A stretch of 64,000 bases of DNA, taken from Vicugna vicugna. Lineage: Eukaryota. Location of the stretch: positions 1,637,696 through 1,701,695 of the forward strand of contig MU058540.1 of assembly GCA_013265495.1 (NCBI GenBank), in the 5' to 3' direction. The translations under genes and the position numbers were made by a program. Positions 1 to 13,060 of the stretch are shown piece after piece. Numbering within the stretch: the first letter of the stretch is position 1; each line of letters begins with the position of its first letter. The notes under the pieces are model-generated. The model had not been told where the DNA came from. It saw only the letters and a list, made by a program, of their open reading frames with translations, and ran no database searches.

Positions 1-454
1 AAGTGAGGAGCCTTGTCTCTGGCAAAAGGGCCTCTGCCCAGCCCAGCCCAGGCTGAGCGTCTGGGCGGAGCCGTGGCTGTGTGGCCTCAGAGGTGGCCCA
101 GAGGAGAGGCTGAGCTGGTGGTATGAAGGATTGGTTGCTTTTCTGAGGTGTAATTTTGTACCCACTTCTTGCGAAACACAACAGCTCAGAAAAAAGGAAA
201 AGAAAAACCGAGGTGTCTTTCCTCAGGCCCCCTGTGGGGTAGGGACCTGGCTAGGACCCTGGGCTCCGGATCCCGTGCTCACTGTCAGTCCAGGAAGCAG
301 CTCAGGGTGGGTGCCCGTGACCTTCACTCTCCTGGAAGCCCTCTCTGAGGCATCCTCATGGGTTGCGCCTGGGTAGTATAGCCTGGGCAGGGCTGAGCTG
401 AGGGTTTCGGCTCCCCTCAGAGGCTGCCCTGGCCTCCCCAGGGCGGGCATCAAC

Positions 455-700
455 ACAGCAGTGATGACAGGAGCTGACACTTCGTATTCCTGCTCACTGT
501 GTGCAAGAAGCCATTTAAGTGGTTTGCATGTGTTAGCTCATTGAGTCTTCCCCACGGCCCTGAGACGTGTGCTAATGCTGTCATCTCCCTTTTCCAGTAC
601 AGAGCAGTTATGTTTCATGCTCACGTTCACACTCTGGTGTGGGCAGAACGTGCGCCCTGGCGCTCTGGGTCTGAGGCTCATGCTCTGACCCCCATGATGC
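455..700 (-). mobile_element. MIR SINE fragment
   Basis: Degenerate match to the antisense MIR core (gctgacacttcgtattcctgctcactgtgtgc...tgcatgtgttagctcattgagtcttcccc). Recognised by eye. Confidence 0.55.
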
Positions 701-3700
701 ATGGCCTCTTTCTTACATGTGGATATGGGGAGTGGGAATGGAACCACTTATGTGCTGTAAGTCATCCTCTTGTGTATGTTATCTCAGGAGCTGGGTTTGA
801 GGCATATCCTTGCTTCCTGGCAGGCCTGTTCCCTGCTCTCACAATGCCTGGGGACGCAGTCCTGAGCAGATGATGAGGTGTCTTCGCTCTCAGAGGCACA
901 TCTCTAACTGCCCTCTTCCCTCCCCTGCCGTGTTGAGGGGTGGTGGTCAGTCAGCCCAGAGCTCCCCACGCCCTCTACTCTCCAGTGTGGGTCTCTAGGG
1001 GGTTCTGCCGGCCAGGTGGCATTTGGTGTCTCCCGAGTAGCAGCCTGCCCAGGGAGCTGGCCTGGGGCTCTCAGGAGGCACCCTGACTGGGATGACTCAC
1101 CTCGCCCGGCTGTCTCCGGCCCCAGGGCAGACAGTGAAGGTTGCCACAAACCACCCTTCCAGAGCCAGCTTAGGGCCAGTTATTTTTCAGCTTTTAAAAA
1201 TCTTAGGTTTTAAATAGCAGTTTTTAAAAGTTGAAGTAAGTGTATTTACGGTTCTTAGAACCTAATCCCTGACTCATTACGTACCTTTAGGAAGGTCTGA
1301 CAAACCCGAAAAGGAGGTTCAGCAGTAGCTGAACTGAGCAGGGACGGTTGGCCCTCAGCTCTGAGTATCAAGGGGTCTTCCCTCTCTGAGCACAACCTTT
1401 CCTCAGACTAGCCATCATATGGACAAGGGAGAGTGGCCCTGGATGTCACAGTGTCCCCTCCCCATGCTTTGGTATCTTAGAGGCTGAGCTCCTGATTTCT
1501 CACCCCTCCTTCTGCCAGTTCTGGAAAGGGTAAGTCTCCTAGTCATTGAATATCAAGACTCCTTTAAAACCGCTTCCCTGCCCCTCCCTGTGCTCTGACC
1601 AGAAAGTAGCTGGGCAGGCACCTGGGGAAGCCAGACATTCACGCACGATGCAGGGCCTCTGTTAGAATGCGTCTGTCCCTATATGGGAAAGGCACTCAAG
1701 GGGAAGCCAGCAGCTCAATTCTTCCATGGCCCTTCCAGGCACTCCTGCTGCTCTGGGTACAAGCCCTTTTCTCTCTGCTCTCTCTGTTCTGGAGGAACAG
1801 CTGGCAGGTGGAGTCTATACAGGAAGGAGTGCTGAGAACACCTCAGTTTAGTGTGTCCCTTCTGATACTTAGAGTGGCCTGAGTAGCCATGCAAAGTATC
1901 CTGGGTAATTGCCTGCAAGTGGCCAGATGGGCTGCAAGGCTAATTAAGTTTTAGCAGCCAGAAAAAAGATGAAGGAAACACACAAGAAAGGGGCATTTTT
2001 GTTTAGAGACATTTCCTCCTTGCAGATGGTATAACTTACATCACGCTAGCTATGGTTTTATCCCTCTGGTTTGGTTTTCAGTAGGCTGGAAATGTTTCCC
2101 TTAGTTCTGAAATGCTCTGGAGACTCTTCTACAAGATGCACAAGTGGCTCCCAGGAAGCCAGGCTCTAGATGTAGTAGGAATACCTGGAGGCTGAGGGCT
2201 GCTGTGAAATCTCCCTGGACAAGGTCCTATGAGTTGTTGTGGGAGGAGCACAAGGCATTTTCAGGGTCACGTGGCCCCGGCCCCCTCTTGGGGATGGAAG
2301 TGGCTTTAACATCATGTGCTTTAATCATCCCCTCTGTGCCTGAATCCCTTCCAGATGATCTCTGCCACAGTGCTTTCCTAGTGCAGGGGGACTCAACACC
2401 TTCCAAAGGGGTATACCCCATTCACTCTGCATTTAGAACACTCTTTGTATTGAGCCAAAAATCTGTTTCCTTATGGCTTTTGTCCCTTGGTTCCAGGTTT
2501 ACCTTTTGGTAAACACAGAACACACTTAAGCCCTTTAGAAAATTGAAGACCTTGGTCACGGACTCCTGGGTCCTGTCTTGTCTCAGCTCAACATCTCCTT
2601 TCTCTTGGCTCATCTTCCTGTGATGTGATGACTGAGCTGGACCCGCAAGTGTTGCAACTTGAACTTTATTCACACTCTCTTGCCATTGATTTGCAGGGGT
2701 CAGGAGCTGGACAGTGGGGGCTGCCAGGTTCTCCCAAGACTAACGGGGGCTGACCCCAGACCCTGGCAGATGGTGTGGGGAGCCTGGCTCACACACTTGC
2801 TGGCGAACCCACCACACTGGCTCTCGCATCATAGCCAGTTCCATTTTTCACAAATCTTGTCCGCAGGAAATGGGCTTTCTTAGGAGAAGGGAGGAAATAC
2901 ATTTAATCAGCATGGAAGGGAGGTAATTGGTGGTTGGCAAGTTTGCAGCTCAAGCGTGCTGGTGCTGGTCTCCGTGTCTGGGGACTCGGCCTGACCCCAC
3001 TTCATGGACGTGTTGATTGAGTGAATGCTGGTATTCCTCATGCAGGAGTATGATATGATGTTTAAAAAATGTTAAGACTGTCTCATGTGGAGAAACGTTC
3101 ACCTTGGAGTTTTGAGTGAAGACATTGAGACCCCAAAATCCACATGCAACATGATCTTAGTTTTCAAAAAAGAAAACCTTGAGAGGGGCAAGGGAGTGAG
3201 CCAGAATGGTTTCCATGGTTCTCGGGGGGATTACTGGTGGCTTCCTTTTCATTTTTGGAGTGAAATAGATTTTCTGTGTTTTCTACAATGAATGGACCTG
3301 AAATCAGAAGAGCAAATAACTTAGGTGTCTTAGGAGCTTGCCGTCCAGCGGGGAGGGAGGGGCACAGAAAGCAGTAGAAACAGACAGACTGGCCAAGCGT
3401 TAAGTGCTGTGGTGAGGCTCCTAAGTGCTGCAGGAGCACGGAGGGAGGAAGCCCTGCACTCACCGATGGCTTACTGCCTGCCTGGCCCTGAGCTGGCACC
3501 CAGCCCCCGGGGGCTATTGGTCAAGTGCAGATGGAGCCGCTGGGGCCCAGAGGGTGGAGGCACTGCCAGTAAGAGGAAGAGTTGGGACGCTAGCCCAGAT
3601 CTGTCCAACTTGAACCCCTGGGTTACGGTCTCTGTCCAGGCAGTTTTGTAGAGGCTGTGGGACCTGGAGAGACTCCAGGGTGAGGCCTGTACTGCTTGTG

Positions 3701-6700
3701 GTGAGTGAGGAGGCCGCTCCAGTGCAGAGAAGGGCAGGGCTCTGACTGGGCAGCCGGGGTGGGCTGGGCCTGACCGTGAGGGCCCTCAGCTCTGTGGTGA
3801 GGGGCCTCGAAAACCCGGCTCTGGGCCTGGATGTGGGGGGCGGTCCTGTGGCCGAGCGCTCACCACAGTGCCCCTTGGACAGCAGAGAGGAACTGAGAGC
3901 GGGCATGTGGGAAGTGGTTGGGGCTGATGGATGGACAAGTGGATAAAGGAAAGGAGTCAGCAGCAGGCTCGGGATGGACTGGAAATGGACTGAGCCGGCA
4001 AGCCTGTCGCCTCTTGGGGCAGCGTCAGGGAGGCCTTGTGCTCCTCCCGCCAGTTTATTTCTCCACAGGCTTCTGCCATGTGCCGTCCCCCTGTTTGCCT
4101 GTCTGTTTCTGAAACTGTGCCAGCTCATTCTCACGTGTTGGAGAGAGAGGACAGGTGACAAGGAGTGAGCCCTGGGGAGAGCTGAAGGCATCAGCTCCGG
4201 CAAGGAGGTCCTTCGTTACTGGCTTCCGAGAAGATTTCCAGCCAGGTCCCCAGAGCCCCGAGCTTCCCTTCTTGCTCCTGTCCCCAGATTAGCCTCACGC
4301 TTCAGCTCAGAAGTAGCTTCATGGTCGCAGTGGGGCTGTGCTTGTGGGTTCCTGCCCTGGCTTCCCATGCTGCCCCCTCACCCCCCTCTGAAATCCCTCC
4401 TTTTGCCCTCTTCCCTCCTGTCTTCAAGCCTGGCGCTGCCAGCCTGGGCAGAGGTGCTGGTGGCACTGCATCTCCTGGCCTTGACCTCTTTCCACCAGCC
4501 CCTGGCCGTCTCTCCATGGGGCACTCTGGGCACTGACTGCTCGGGGTGTGCTGTGCCCCTGTGTGAAGCAGGACCTGAGAAGGAGATTTCCTCAGCTGGG
4601 TCACTGGATTGTTGGTAGAGCTAAGGCTTTGAAAGGAATATTCTTAGACAAGCATGGATCCTGCCTCCTGGACTAACTCAGTTCTGTGATTACTTAAGAA
4701 CTTAGCTCCTTGATGTCCCAGGGTCGATGTGGCACCAGGTGTCTCTGCTGGGCTCTTGTACCTTGAGATGAGAGCCAGGCTCACTCTGGGCCCCTTTGCG
4801 GGCACATGCACTCTCTTGCTCTCCCTGGAGTTACTCAGGATCCAGCTCTCCATGCCCGAGGTACTACTCTGAACTTCTCTGGTCCCCTTCACAGTGGAAG
4901 GAAATTTGAGAACTGTTTTCACGTCTGTTCATGTAATTAACTGCACTTTAAGATGGTATTGGGCTGGAGCACATCCTGTCATGTAGCTTCAGATTGCTGA
5001 TACCTCCATGTGAGCAGAAGCAGTAGGGGGTTCTGTCCTGGCGTCTCAGCTTGTCCGTGTGTTCGTTTAGTCAACCCCCAGTGGACCTGTGCTGAAAGTA
5101 CAGGGGGCAGGGCGGGGGTCCTGCGTGTCTCTGTCAGAGGCACAGACCTCCCAACACACTAAAGGTCAGTTATGACTCAGGTGCCCACGGGCATCCCGAA
5201 GCCCATCTGTGGACTCCTGGGGTCCCTGGACACCACACTCAGGATTCTTGGATTATGTAATCTGCTTAGGTTCTCCTCAAGCAGACAGCTGAGTTGTGAC
5301 TTAAGCTGGCTCTCCTGAGCCCAGAGTGGTGCCCTCACCTCCCACTCTAGTCCCAATGCCTCCCTTTCCCATACTCATACTCAGCTTGTCCCCGAAGGTC
5401 GGATCCAGTGGGCTTGGCTGGCTCATCACTGGAGGTCCACGTCCGGGTCAGGTAGACCATTCCATCCGCCCACTGTGTGTTAGGAGACATTCTCCAAAAG
5501 GATAGAAAAGAAGCTGGTGGGCTCAGACCCCAGTAAGCTCTTGGCATTGGCTTGGGGCCACCAAAGCCCTTCTGGACCCGCAGCTGCCACCACCGCAGGT
5601 CAGTGGCAGGCATTTCTGCCTTCCACCCTCAGTGACACTCCATGGCCACGGGCAGCTGGCTGAGGCCACAGTTAAGGATGGGGAATTACTCAAGAGAAAA
5701 CGCAGGGCTCCACTTACTCACAAAGAGAGCCAGCTGGGAGTCAGGAGACATGGGTTTCCTGCAGGTCCCAAATGCTTTCAGGCAGGTTGCTCTTCCTCCT
5801 GCTGTCCCTGTCCCATGGGATCTCATTTGACTGGTTACTTCATGGACATAAGCTCTGAAGGGGGCACCATATAGCTTTGGGGACATAGCCGAAATCAAGA
5901 CCAACCATGACCCTGGCTGTGTGTGAGAACATGAGGTGGGAAGGTGGCATCTTCTCTGCGGCAGAAGCAGGCAGCGGAGATCAGCTTTGTCCTCAGATCC
6001 GAGGGGTAAAGCCTGCTGTGGGTGGTCTCAGACCCAGGCCCTTTGACTCCGACTGACCTGTGAAGCCTGGCTAACCTACATTGATGACTTAGTGGGGACT
6101 GTAGCACCTTGACCCCAGACAAGGCCTCAGAAGGGCAAATGTCCTGGGGTGATTGGTGGCAGATGAATGGAAGGATGCTCCTCCAGGTACAGAGAGAAGG
6201 AGGACACCAGGAAGCTACTTGGGACAACAGGGTCCTGAGGGGTACTTCTCTCCTGAACCTGGGAGGAGAGCTGTCCCTGACAGCCCTTCCCGTGAGATCA
6301 ATGGGGGAGACGGCCTCTGGCTTCAGGAACTGGGAGCTGGTAACATTTGTGCTTCATCCTCATCTTCTCTGGAACTAGTTGTTCTCTGTCACCACCATGT
6401 TCTGTCTGTCCAGCTGAGGACGGGTCTAGGCTGGGGTTGGTGTCATTAGGAGAGCAGGGAGTGGGGGTCAAGGCTGAGCCCCTCCTGTTGACCTTTTTCT
6501 AGGGCACCCGTGAGCCAGGGGAAGATGTCAGTTTGGAAAGTTCTGTGACCGAGTCCCAGAGGAGTGGGGGTCGACTGGGCCAGGCAGCAGTGAACAGATG
6601 AACACAGGGAGAGCCATTGAGCATTTTTAACTCTGACAGGCAGGTGGCTTTGTTCCTGTTTACAAGGTTCTGACTTGGTAAGAACCTTGAACAGCAAAAT

Positions 6701-6851
6701 CAGGATTTGAACCCAATTCTTATTCCCTTATACCACTGCTGCCTTGTGCAGTTACTGGCACACAGAAAGCCCTCAACCCCTGGAGGAGTAAATGCATGGT
6801 GTTCAGGGAGCATGGCTTCCATTTTCCATCATTACTAAGATTTTTAGGCCA

Positions 6852-7018
6852 CAGCAATAAGCAACAGAGCCTTGCCCCTCCTCCCTTCCGCTTCCTGTTC
6901 CTTTTCCCAGTGGTCCTTCCTGCTCCCTGGGTTACCCCTCACTCTACAAGCTCCCTGGGGCTGTGCTTGTGGTCTGAGTGAGAAAGACACGTGTGCTCAC
7001 CCCTCCTGGCCCACCCGC

Positions 7019-7054
<36 letters not shown>

Positions 7055-7335
7055 TCAGTACAACCCCTAGAAGGCAGTCCTCACTCAGACCTGGACTGGT
7101 CTGGTGTTCGGTGACCTGCACCCCTGACAACTGTGTCCACAGCAGCTTCGTCGCTGCAGCCAGTAACATAGACTGCAAAAGTGCATGTGGTGGAGGAGCC
7201 AGAATGTCCAGTGGTGGGTGGAATTATGGGATGCCCACGTACTGGAGAGTATGCAGTCGTTGGAGGCATTCGTGATGGACAATTAAATGTTGCGGGGAGG
7301 AGTGTGCATGAGCATGTCAGCATGTGAAAAAGCCA
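6852..7335 (+). repeat. Inverted duplication, arm A (pairs with 8494-8929)
   Basis: Manual alignment to the reverse complement of 8494-8929; 6860-6944 has one mismatch in 85 nt. Both arms give the same chance peptide APPPFRFLFLFPVVLPAPWVTPHS on opposite strands in the ORF track. Confidence 0.95.
7021..7052. repeat. (GT)16 microsatellite
   Basis: Perfect GT dinucleotide run read directly. Confidence 0.97.
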
Positions 7336-8209
7336 GCTAGGAGACAGCGCACCTGGGCTTTCCCACTCTGGCCCCTCTGGGATCTGACTTCCTTTCAAAG
7401 GCCTAAATGTTCTGATGGAAGAGTGACTGCTGTGCAGAGAAGCGCCAGGCTGGACTCGCCTCAGGATGGGGTTCCTCATCTCTCAGCTGTACTTTCCAGA
7501 CTTTCCACTCAGCCCACCCCCTCCAGCCTCATTTCCGTATTCAGTATGGCCTCTCTCTTCTCAATCACTTGGTCATTTCTCCTGCCAGGAGTCATAAAAA
7601 AAAAAGGCTGAAACCTTCCCTCTCAGGGAAGGAAGACTGAGCTATTGTCCTGGCCTGATTTCACCTCGTGGAAGAGCCTGGCACTGGTGCCTCTCGCTTC
7701 AGCCCCTCCCTCTTCCTTCCAGTCCTTTCTCGGTCCTCAAGGAGCAGGGGACTGTGGGAAGAGCTGCTCCAGACAGAGGAGGCACTGGATTGGGAGAAAG
7801 GAGTTGGGGGGCCAGGGGGAGGAGGGGCCTCAACCTGATGCACATGAAAATGCAAATTAAGACCTTAAGAGCAGGTTTCTCAAATCAGAGGTAGGGAGGA
7901 TGGAAGAATGAGGGAAGAGCCTTCTGAGTGAGCTGACAGTCGCCACACCCATCCCTGTGTTGATTTGCTGGTCCTGCCTGAGCTGCTAAAGCTCCTTAAC
8001 AGATAAGCAACTGGTTCAGCGAGAGGCCCCCACATCTCCCTCTTGGCCCAAGGCAGGTGCAGGTCCCTGGCCTCCTCCAGAATCTGCACCGTGGGGTAGC
8101 TCCGAGCTTCCCTGGGCACTGGCTGGTTCAACGGTGCTTACACTGTCTGCTTTCCAGAATGTTGTAGATTTCCACTGGGCCCTGCCTCTGTCTCTCTCCT
8201 ACGTTAAAA

Positions 8210-8500
8210 TTTTTTTTTTCTTCTGAGTAGAAAAGTTATACAAATTCATTGTAAAAAATTTTTTGAAAATAAAGTACAACGGAAAATGTAAAAACCACTA
8301 TAAATCCATTACCTCGGTGGGGGGAAAAACAAGGTTATCTTTCTGGTGAATTCTTCTAAATGAATTAATATTTTTAAAAAGTAAGATTGTGACCACTTCT
8401 AGCATTTTGGTTTATTTTTCTAAGCTTTTATTGTTAAAAAAAGAAACTTTAACAGATTGGGATCTGTGGTGTATATATATGTAATTTATTTAACCTGCTT
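8210..8500 (-). mobile_element. Ancient L1 (L1ME-like) 3' fragment, antisense
   Basis: AT-rich block with aaattcattgtaaaaa and taacctgctttttcac motifs typical of antisense old L1 3' ends. Confidence 0.55.
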
Positions 8501-8929
8501 TTTCACACGCTCACATGCTGCATGCACACTCCTCCCTGTGACATTTAACTGTCCATCATGAATACCTGCAATGACTGCACACTCTCCAGCACGTAGGCAT
8601 CCCATAATTTCACCCACCACTGGACTCTGGCTGCAGTGACGGAGCTGTCGTGAGCACAGTCATCTGGGATGCAGGTCACTGAACATGGAACTGGACCCTG
8701 GTCTGAGCCAGGACCGCCTTCCCAGGCTGGGTTTGTAGTGACCACACGCACCCACTGGCATGTGGGCCAGGAGGGAGAGGTGTGAGCAGGGGCATCTTTC
8801 TTGCCCAGAACACAGGCCCACCCCCCGGAGCTTGGGGAGTGAGGGGTAACCCAGGGAGCAGGAAGGACCACTGGGAAAAGGAACAGGAAGCGGAAGGGAG
8901 GAGGGGCAGGGCTCTGTTGCTCACTGCCA
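8494..8929 (-). repeat. Inverted duplication, arm B (pairs with 6852-7335)
   Basis: Reverse complement aligns colinearly with arm A. Confidence 0.95.
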
Positions 8930-10619
8930 TCTGTAGGCTGCCTGAGCCTCTCCTGGGCCATCCACGGTCCTTCCCTTCAGCTCTGAATTGCTCCCACCAG
9001 GGCTCCTGCCAGACCTGAGCTTGTTGGAGGGCTTGGTGCACTTAACCACACTGCCACCTGCTGGGTCCTAAGTACCCAGCTGGCAGGGGGAGGGGGCGGA
9101 TTTGGACAGCTCCAGAGAAGCCCGGCCGCCCTCACAGTCGGCCAGGGAGTCAGGTCCCAGCAAAAGGACACACAGACCTGATTCTTTTGCCCAGAGCCAG
9201 TCACCTGAGAACCACTGCTCGCTGTGCTCCCCCTCCCCATATCTAGAAAGCAGGCCATGGCTCAGAAGGCAGACGTCCTGGCCCCCATGGCCGTGTAACC
9301 CGCCAGGGCGGTTGTGAGGACGCAGTGACAGGACAGCAAAAGGTTAGAGACAGAGCCCAGGACAAGGAGGTGCTGTGAAGTCACACCCACCTCTGCTGCC
9401 CTCTGTCCCCTCTCCCTCAGGGACTGAACCCAACTAAGCCAAGTGTTAGCTAGTTATGTTTCAGATTTCACTTAGAAACTTTATTAAACTCTAAGACGAT
9501 CTCTGTTCACTCAAATGCTTAGGCCAGTGAGCTGTTCTACTTTATTAGCTCCATAACTGTTAACTCACTGAGAACTCAGAACAGGGCAATACGTATAGAA
9601 AGCTCTTGGTAAATGTTAGTGTGGTAGAAGGTAAAGTAGAAAGTCTCCTTCCCCCCCATAAATCTCCTCATGAAAATGTTCCTAAAAGGCACTGGTCCCT
9701 TTCTTCCTCATTCAAGAGGATGCAATACCTTCCAGAATGTTTCTTGTCTTTGAGGATTTAGAGCGCCTCATAGCGCACAAACTGCTCTCATAGAGTGTAG
9801 ATGGGGCCAGTTGAGGAAATCCACAGGACCCTGCACTGCACCCAGGATGAGCTCTGGCAACTGTTTGCTTTGATTTTCCACCACATCCTTTGTTTTCATT
9901 TTGTCTCCATGTGTTTCCTCTCCTCAAAGCCGCATAGAGCCCCCAGTTCTCTTGACTGGGGGTCTGGGTAATGAAGGCCCTGTCTGCAGTTGGATCTGGT
10001 TTCCTGGTTGTTAGCATTCAGTTCTCATTAACATTACCCTGAAAGCTTGTGAAATCTTCCGAATAAACGTTGGGATTACAGGAGGAGCTCAGAACATCAT
10101 TGCAGTGCCGCCCTCTTGGAGGTTCCCTGTTTGGTTCAGTTCAGGTCCTCGCTGAGGTGTCCTCGTCAGGTAGGAAGTCTGAGCAGACGTTCCCCTCTCT
10201 CTGCTTCTCCCCATCAGCACACCCTAGATTTGGGCCCAGAGTGACTGTAGGAACTCAGCATGGTGACTCCTGGGCCCAGGGTGACTTGGGAGCTGGTCAT
10301 ACCTGGACTGGTGCCCAGGGCCCAGGGGACCTTCTGCAGGCCCAGGCCTCCCTAGTGTCCCAGCCGAGGGTGTGCTGAGATTCTGGTCTGGCTTCAGTGC
10401 TGTCTTCACCTGACTCTCTCAAGCTTATGGTTTGTCTTCTCTGTGTCCTCAATGGGGAAAAATTTTTGTCACCATGCACAGGCTCTGGGGAGCCTCCCAC
10501 ACCAGCAGTCACTACAGCTAGGGCACAGAGGTGAGGTCACCAAGTAATGGTCTGCATGAACTGACCCAAGTCACTTAGCTTTTCCACCTGTAAAATGGGC
10601 ACAAGGAAAACCCACCTCA

Positions 10620-11290
10620 ATAGAATAAAAGGTCCAGAAAGAGTCTCGGAAACACAGGAATTTGGGACATATCAGAGGTCATTTCAGATTGATGGGGAAA
10701 AGATAGCTCATTTGAGAAACAGACAACCTGCTACCTGGAAAAAACATTAAGTGGATCTTGACCCTTAAACCTTACATCAAAGTTAATTCCATCTTTTAGT
10801 AACCTGTAATGAAAAAGAATAATGCGTGTACATGTATGACTGAAGCATTATGCTGTACACCAGGTATTGACACAAAATTGTGAACTGATTATACTTCAAT
10901 TTTTAAAAATAAATAAATTCCAGATAGATGAAAGTTATAATGGTTAAAAAAAAGTGATACTCTGAGATTACAGGAAGAACATGTGGAAGATTTGTTTTAA
11001 AAATCTTGGAGACGGGAGACCTTTTTAAGCCTGACAGAACTGAGAGAAGCTCCACAAGGGACATGGGGTGCATTGAGGTACAGGAAGATGCGTTCTGCAT
11101 GAACAAAGCAGCATGAGAGTCACAAGACTGACAAATGGGAAAGACTGATGCCTAGCCCTCATAGATAAAGGGTAAATTTCCTTACTAGAGAAAGAACTCC
11201 TACAAATCAAATACAGAAGAGACCAGCAACTCCATAGATGAACTCACAAAGGGTAAACTGGGTAATTCCTGGAAAAGGAGCTGCGCCTGC
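10620..11290 (+). mobile_element. Old L1 ORF2 3' fragment containing a younger ~120-bp L1 tail (about 10792-10910)
   Basis: L1 ORF2-like A-rich sequence. The inner segment tatgctgtacaccaggtattgacacaaaattgtgaactgattatacttcaat resembles the L1 3' end at 32440-32520 and is bracketed by a degenerate duplication (taattcca / aaattcca). Confidence 0.7.
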
Positions 11291-11349
11291 TCCCCACATC
11301 TGGCCTGGAGCCCTTTGGATGTGAGCGTTGGGCTGAATCTTGCCTCCAC

Positions 11350-11490
11350 AGGTTACTGATGCTCTCTGGGCCTCAGCTTCCTGAGTTCTAAAATGGTGTA
11401 ACAGTGGTCCCTGTGATTAAATGGTTTAACAAGTGCAAAGCATGTAGAACATGGAGGAGGGCAGTAGGTGCTCTGTAAATGCTTGATGGA
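11350..11490 (+). mobile_element. MIR SINE fragment
   Basis: ctctctgggcctcagcttcctgagttctaaaatgg...gtaggtgctctgtaaatg MIR core. Confidence 0.6.
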
Positions 11491-11669
11491 TAAAATGAAA
11501 AGATGCTCAAGCTCACCCGTGAGTGGGATGATCTTATGATAAGAAATGTGCAGTGATAAGCCAATTCTGCACAGTGTTGCACTGATGGGAGTATGAACAT
11601 CTGTCAGACTCCTAAATACATATACCCTCTGACAAAGCAATTTCTGTTCCTTTTTATCCTTTCTTGAAA

Positions 11670-12157
11670 TTATTTTAAATTATTTTTAAAATTGAAATAT
11701 AGTTGACATGCAGTATTTTCTTGGTTTCAGGTGTGTTACATAGTGGTTTGACATTTGCATACATTATGAAATGGTCACCATGATAAATCTAGTAGCCATC
11801 TGTCCCCAAAGTTATTATAATATTATTGACCATATTCCTTATGCTGTATGTTATATCGCCATGGCTTATTTATTTTATAACTGAAGGTTTGTACCTCTTA
11901 ATCTCCTTTATCTATTTCTCCCCCCCACTCCCCCCCACCTCCCTCCCTTCCCCCCCTGGCAACCACCTGTTTGTTCCCTGTATCTATGAGTGTTTTCATT
12001 TTGGTTTGCTTGTTCATTTTGTTTTTTATATTCCACATATACAAGAGATCATACAATACTTACCTTTGTTTGACTTGTTTCACTGAGCATAATACCCTCT
12101 AGACCCCATCCATGTTGTCACAAATATCAGTATTTCATTCTTTTTTATGGCTGAGTA

Positions 12158-12193
<36 letters not shown>

Positions 12194-13060
12194 ACACCAT
12201 TCATTTACCTATCAGTGTACCAATTTACAGTCCCAACAGTGCACAAGAGTTCCCTTTTCTCCACATTCTCACCAACACTTATTTGTTGTCTTTTTGATAG
12301 CAGCCATTTTGACAGGTATGAGGTGATATCTCATTGTGATTTTGAGTTGCATTTCCCTTATTAGTGACGTCGAACATCTTTTCATGTGTCTGTTTGCCAC
12401 CTGTATGTCTTCTTTGGAAAAATTGCTGTTTAGATCCTCTGCCCATTTTTTAATAAGAGTTGCTTGGGTTTTTTATGTTGATTGTATATTTTGGATGTTA
12501 ACCCCTTATCTGATAGACTGTTTGCAAATATCTTCTCCCATTGAGTAGGCTGCTTTTTCATTTTCTTGAGAGTTTCCTTTGCTGTCTGAAAGCTTTTTAG
12601 TTTGAAATAGTTCCATCTGTTTACTTTTGCTTTTGTTTCCCTTGCCTGAGAAGACAGATCCAAAAATATTGCTAAGACTGATGTCACAGAGTATACTGCC
12701 TGTGTTTTCTTCTGGAAGTTTTAGGTCTTATATTCAAATCTTTAATCCATTTTAAGTGTATTTTTGTATACGGTGTGAGAAAGTAATCCAGTTTGATTAT
12801 TTTGCAGGTAGCTGTCCAGTTTTCTGAACACTGTTGAAAAGGCTGTCTTTTCCTCATTATATATCCTTGCCTCATTTGTCATAGCTGAATTAACCATGTA
12901 AGCATGGGTTTATTTCTGAGCTCTTTATTCTGTTCCATTTCTATGTTTCTGTTTTCGTACCAGTGCCGCCATATTGTTTTGATTACTGTAGCTTTGTAGT
13001 ATAGTCTGAAGTCAGGGCATGTGATGCCTCCAGCTCTGTTCTTCTCAAAAATGGTTTGGC
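11670..13060 (-). mobile_element. 5'-truncated L1 (ORF2 3' end and 3' UTR), antisense, with internal (CA)n at about 12163-12190
   Basis: Minus-strand peptides [31 protein letters not shown] and [19 protein letters not shown] are L1 ORF2 motifs; the frame is broken. Confidence 0.92.

Noticed and set aside
3514..4203. 229-aa minus-strand ORF in the ANKS1A intron
   Set aside because: Low-complexity Pro/Ser/Arg translation of GC-rich DNA with no recognisable domain or splice context.
6796..8961. Two ORFs sharing the peptide APPPFRFLFLFPVVLPAPWVTPHS, suggesting a duplicated micro-gene
   Set aside because: Explained by the DNA inverted repeat; the frames diverge outside the core through indels.
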